Source: Trichosphaerium sp. ATCC 40318 (taxonomy: Eukaryota; Protista; Tubulinea). Taken from it: a DNA stretch of 64,000 nucleotides. Position numbers and translations under genes: made by a program. The stretch covers positions 1-64,000 of the forward strand of contig JALMLS010000103.1 in assembly GCA_038496445.1 (NCBI GenBank). The letters are read 5' to 3'. The notes under the pieces are model-generated. The model was not told the origin of the DNA. It saw only the letters and a program-made list of their open reading frames with translations, and made no database searches. This document shows positions 63,424-64,000 of this stretch, one piece after another; position 1 is the first letter of the stretch; every line of letters starts with the position of its first letter.

Positions 63424-64000
63424 TGACCTTGAGTACGCTATAATAGGATCAAGTTTATCGCGTCAGTTAAGTGTGAGTTAATAACACAGCAAAAGAGCAA
63501 TCTGTAAAATGGGTAGAAGCTAGTGATGGTACTAATAAAACTTAAGCTACTGTAGCAAATTTTGGTTTATTGGCATGTTATTTGCTGTTAAAGGCGGGTA
63601 ATAAAGCCAAAAATCCTCAAGCTTCGTATTTTTTTCTTGGTTTTTTGACAATTGTTCCTGTAAAAATTGTCACAGTTCAATTACATAGCTGATAAGCTAT
63701 TAGTATGAGAAGTAGTGAATTAGTCTTCACCGGACAAGCACGTGACTTTTCAACAACAAGATTTCATTTTACAGTCTACTAGTTTCGTTCCGAAAGTGAC
63801 TGATGTATTGTACATGTCTGGAGTACAACTGTTAAGCAAAAAGCTAAGGGAGTTTGTAGGTTCAGTTTTGTACTACAAAGTTCCCTTAGCTTTCCCAATT
63901 AAGGGTGGCCCATTTTTGACCCGACACTGTATTTCTACCGTGCCACTCGAGTGTTTTGTGTATGTGCACTATAGATACTGGAGTGATATGCACACAGTAC

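Noticed and set aside
63898-64000. Possible transposon end (ttaa-gggtggcccatttttgacccg)
   Set aside because: No partner repeat inside the window, so it cannot be supported.
1-64000. tRNA or rRNA genes
   Set aside because: No cloverleaf or rRNA-like segment was recognised by eye. A tRNAscan-SE/Infernal run would be needed to exclude them.

Overview
AT-rich, intron-rich eukaryotic genomic DNA with short GT-AG introns. The gene content (tectonin lectin, class C GPCR, Roco protein, coronin, TTAGGG repeats) suggests an amoebozoan-type protist, but the species cannot be identified from the sequence. Bases 1 to ~10 kb are a visibly CpG-poor transposon nest: three ~0.75-1 kb MITE-like elements (one carrying TTAGGG repeats), a ~5.2 kb segment bracketed by 27-bp inverted repeats, and a GC-rich 34-bp-stem hairpin at its edge. 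Manual splicing of the 5.2 kb segment gives a USP-fold cysteine-protease-like domain, a SIM-like acidic motif, an RPA/SSB-like OB fold and an intron-containing piggyBac-type DDD transposase, apparently one degenerate fusion gene. This is the best candidate for an undescribed system. The rest of the window holds host genes: F-BAR-2xSH3, NADPH-cytochrome P450 reductase, an ~11.4 kb TRANK1-like ankyrin/RelE-like/UvrD-helicase/TPR gene, tectonin, an intronless La-motif gene, a Roco-like gene with degenerate GTPase and kinase motifs, a class C GPCR, two tandem secreted-protein paralogs and a divergent coronin. These are interspersed with islands of intron-poor F-box/LRR and F-box/MORN genes and their pseudogenes. 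Gene models were spliced by eye, so boundaries of multi-exon genes are approximate.
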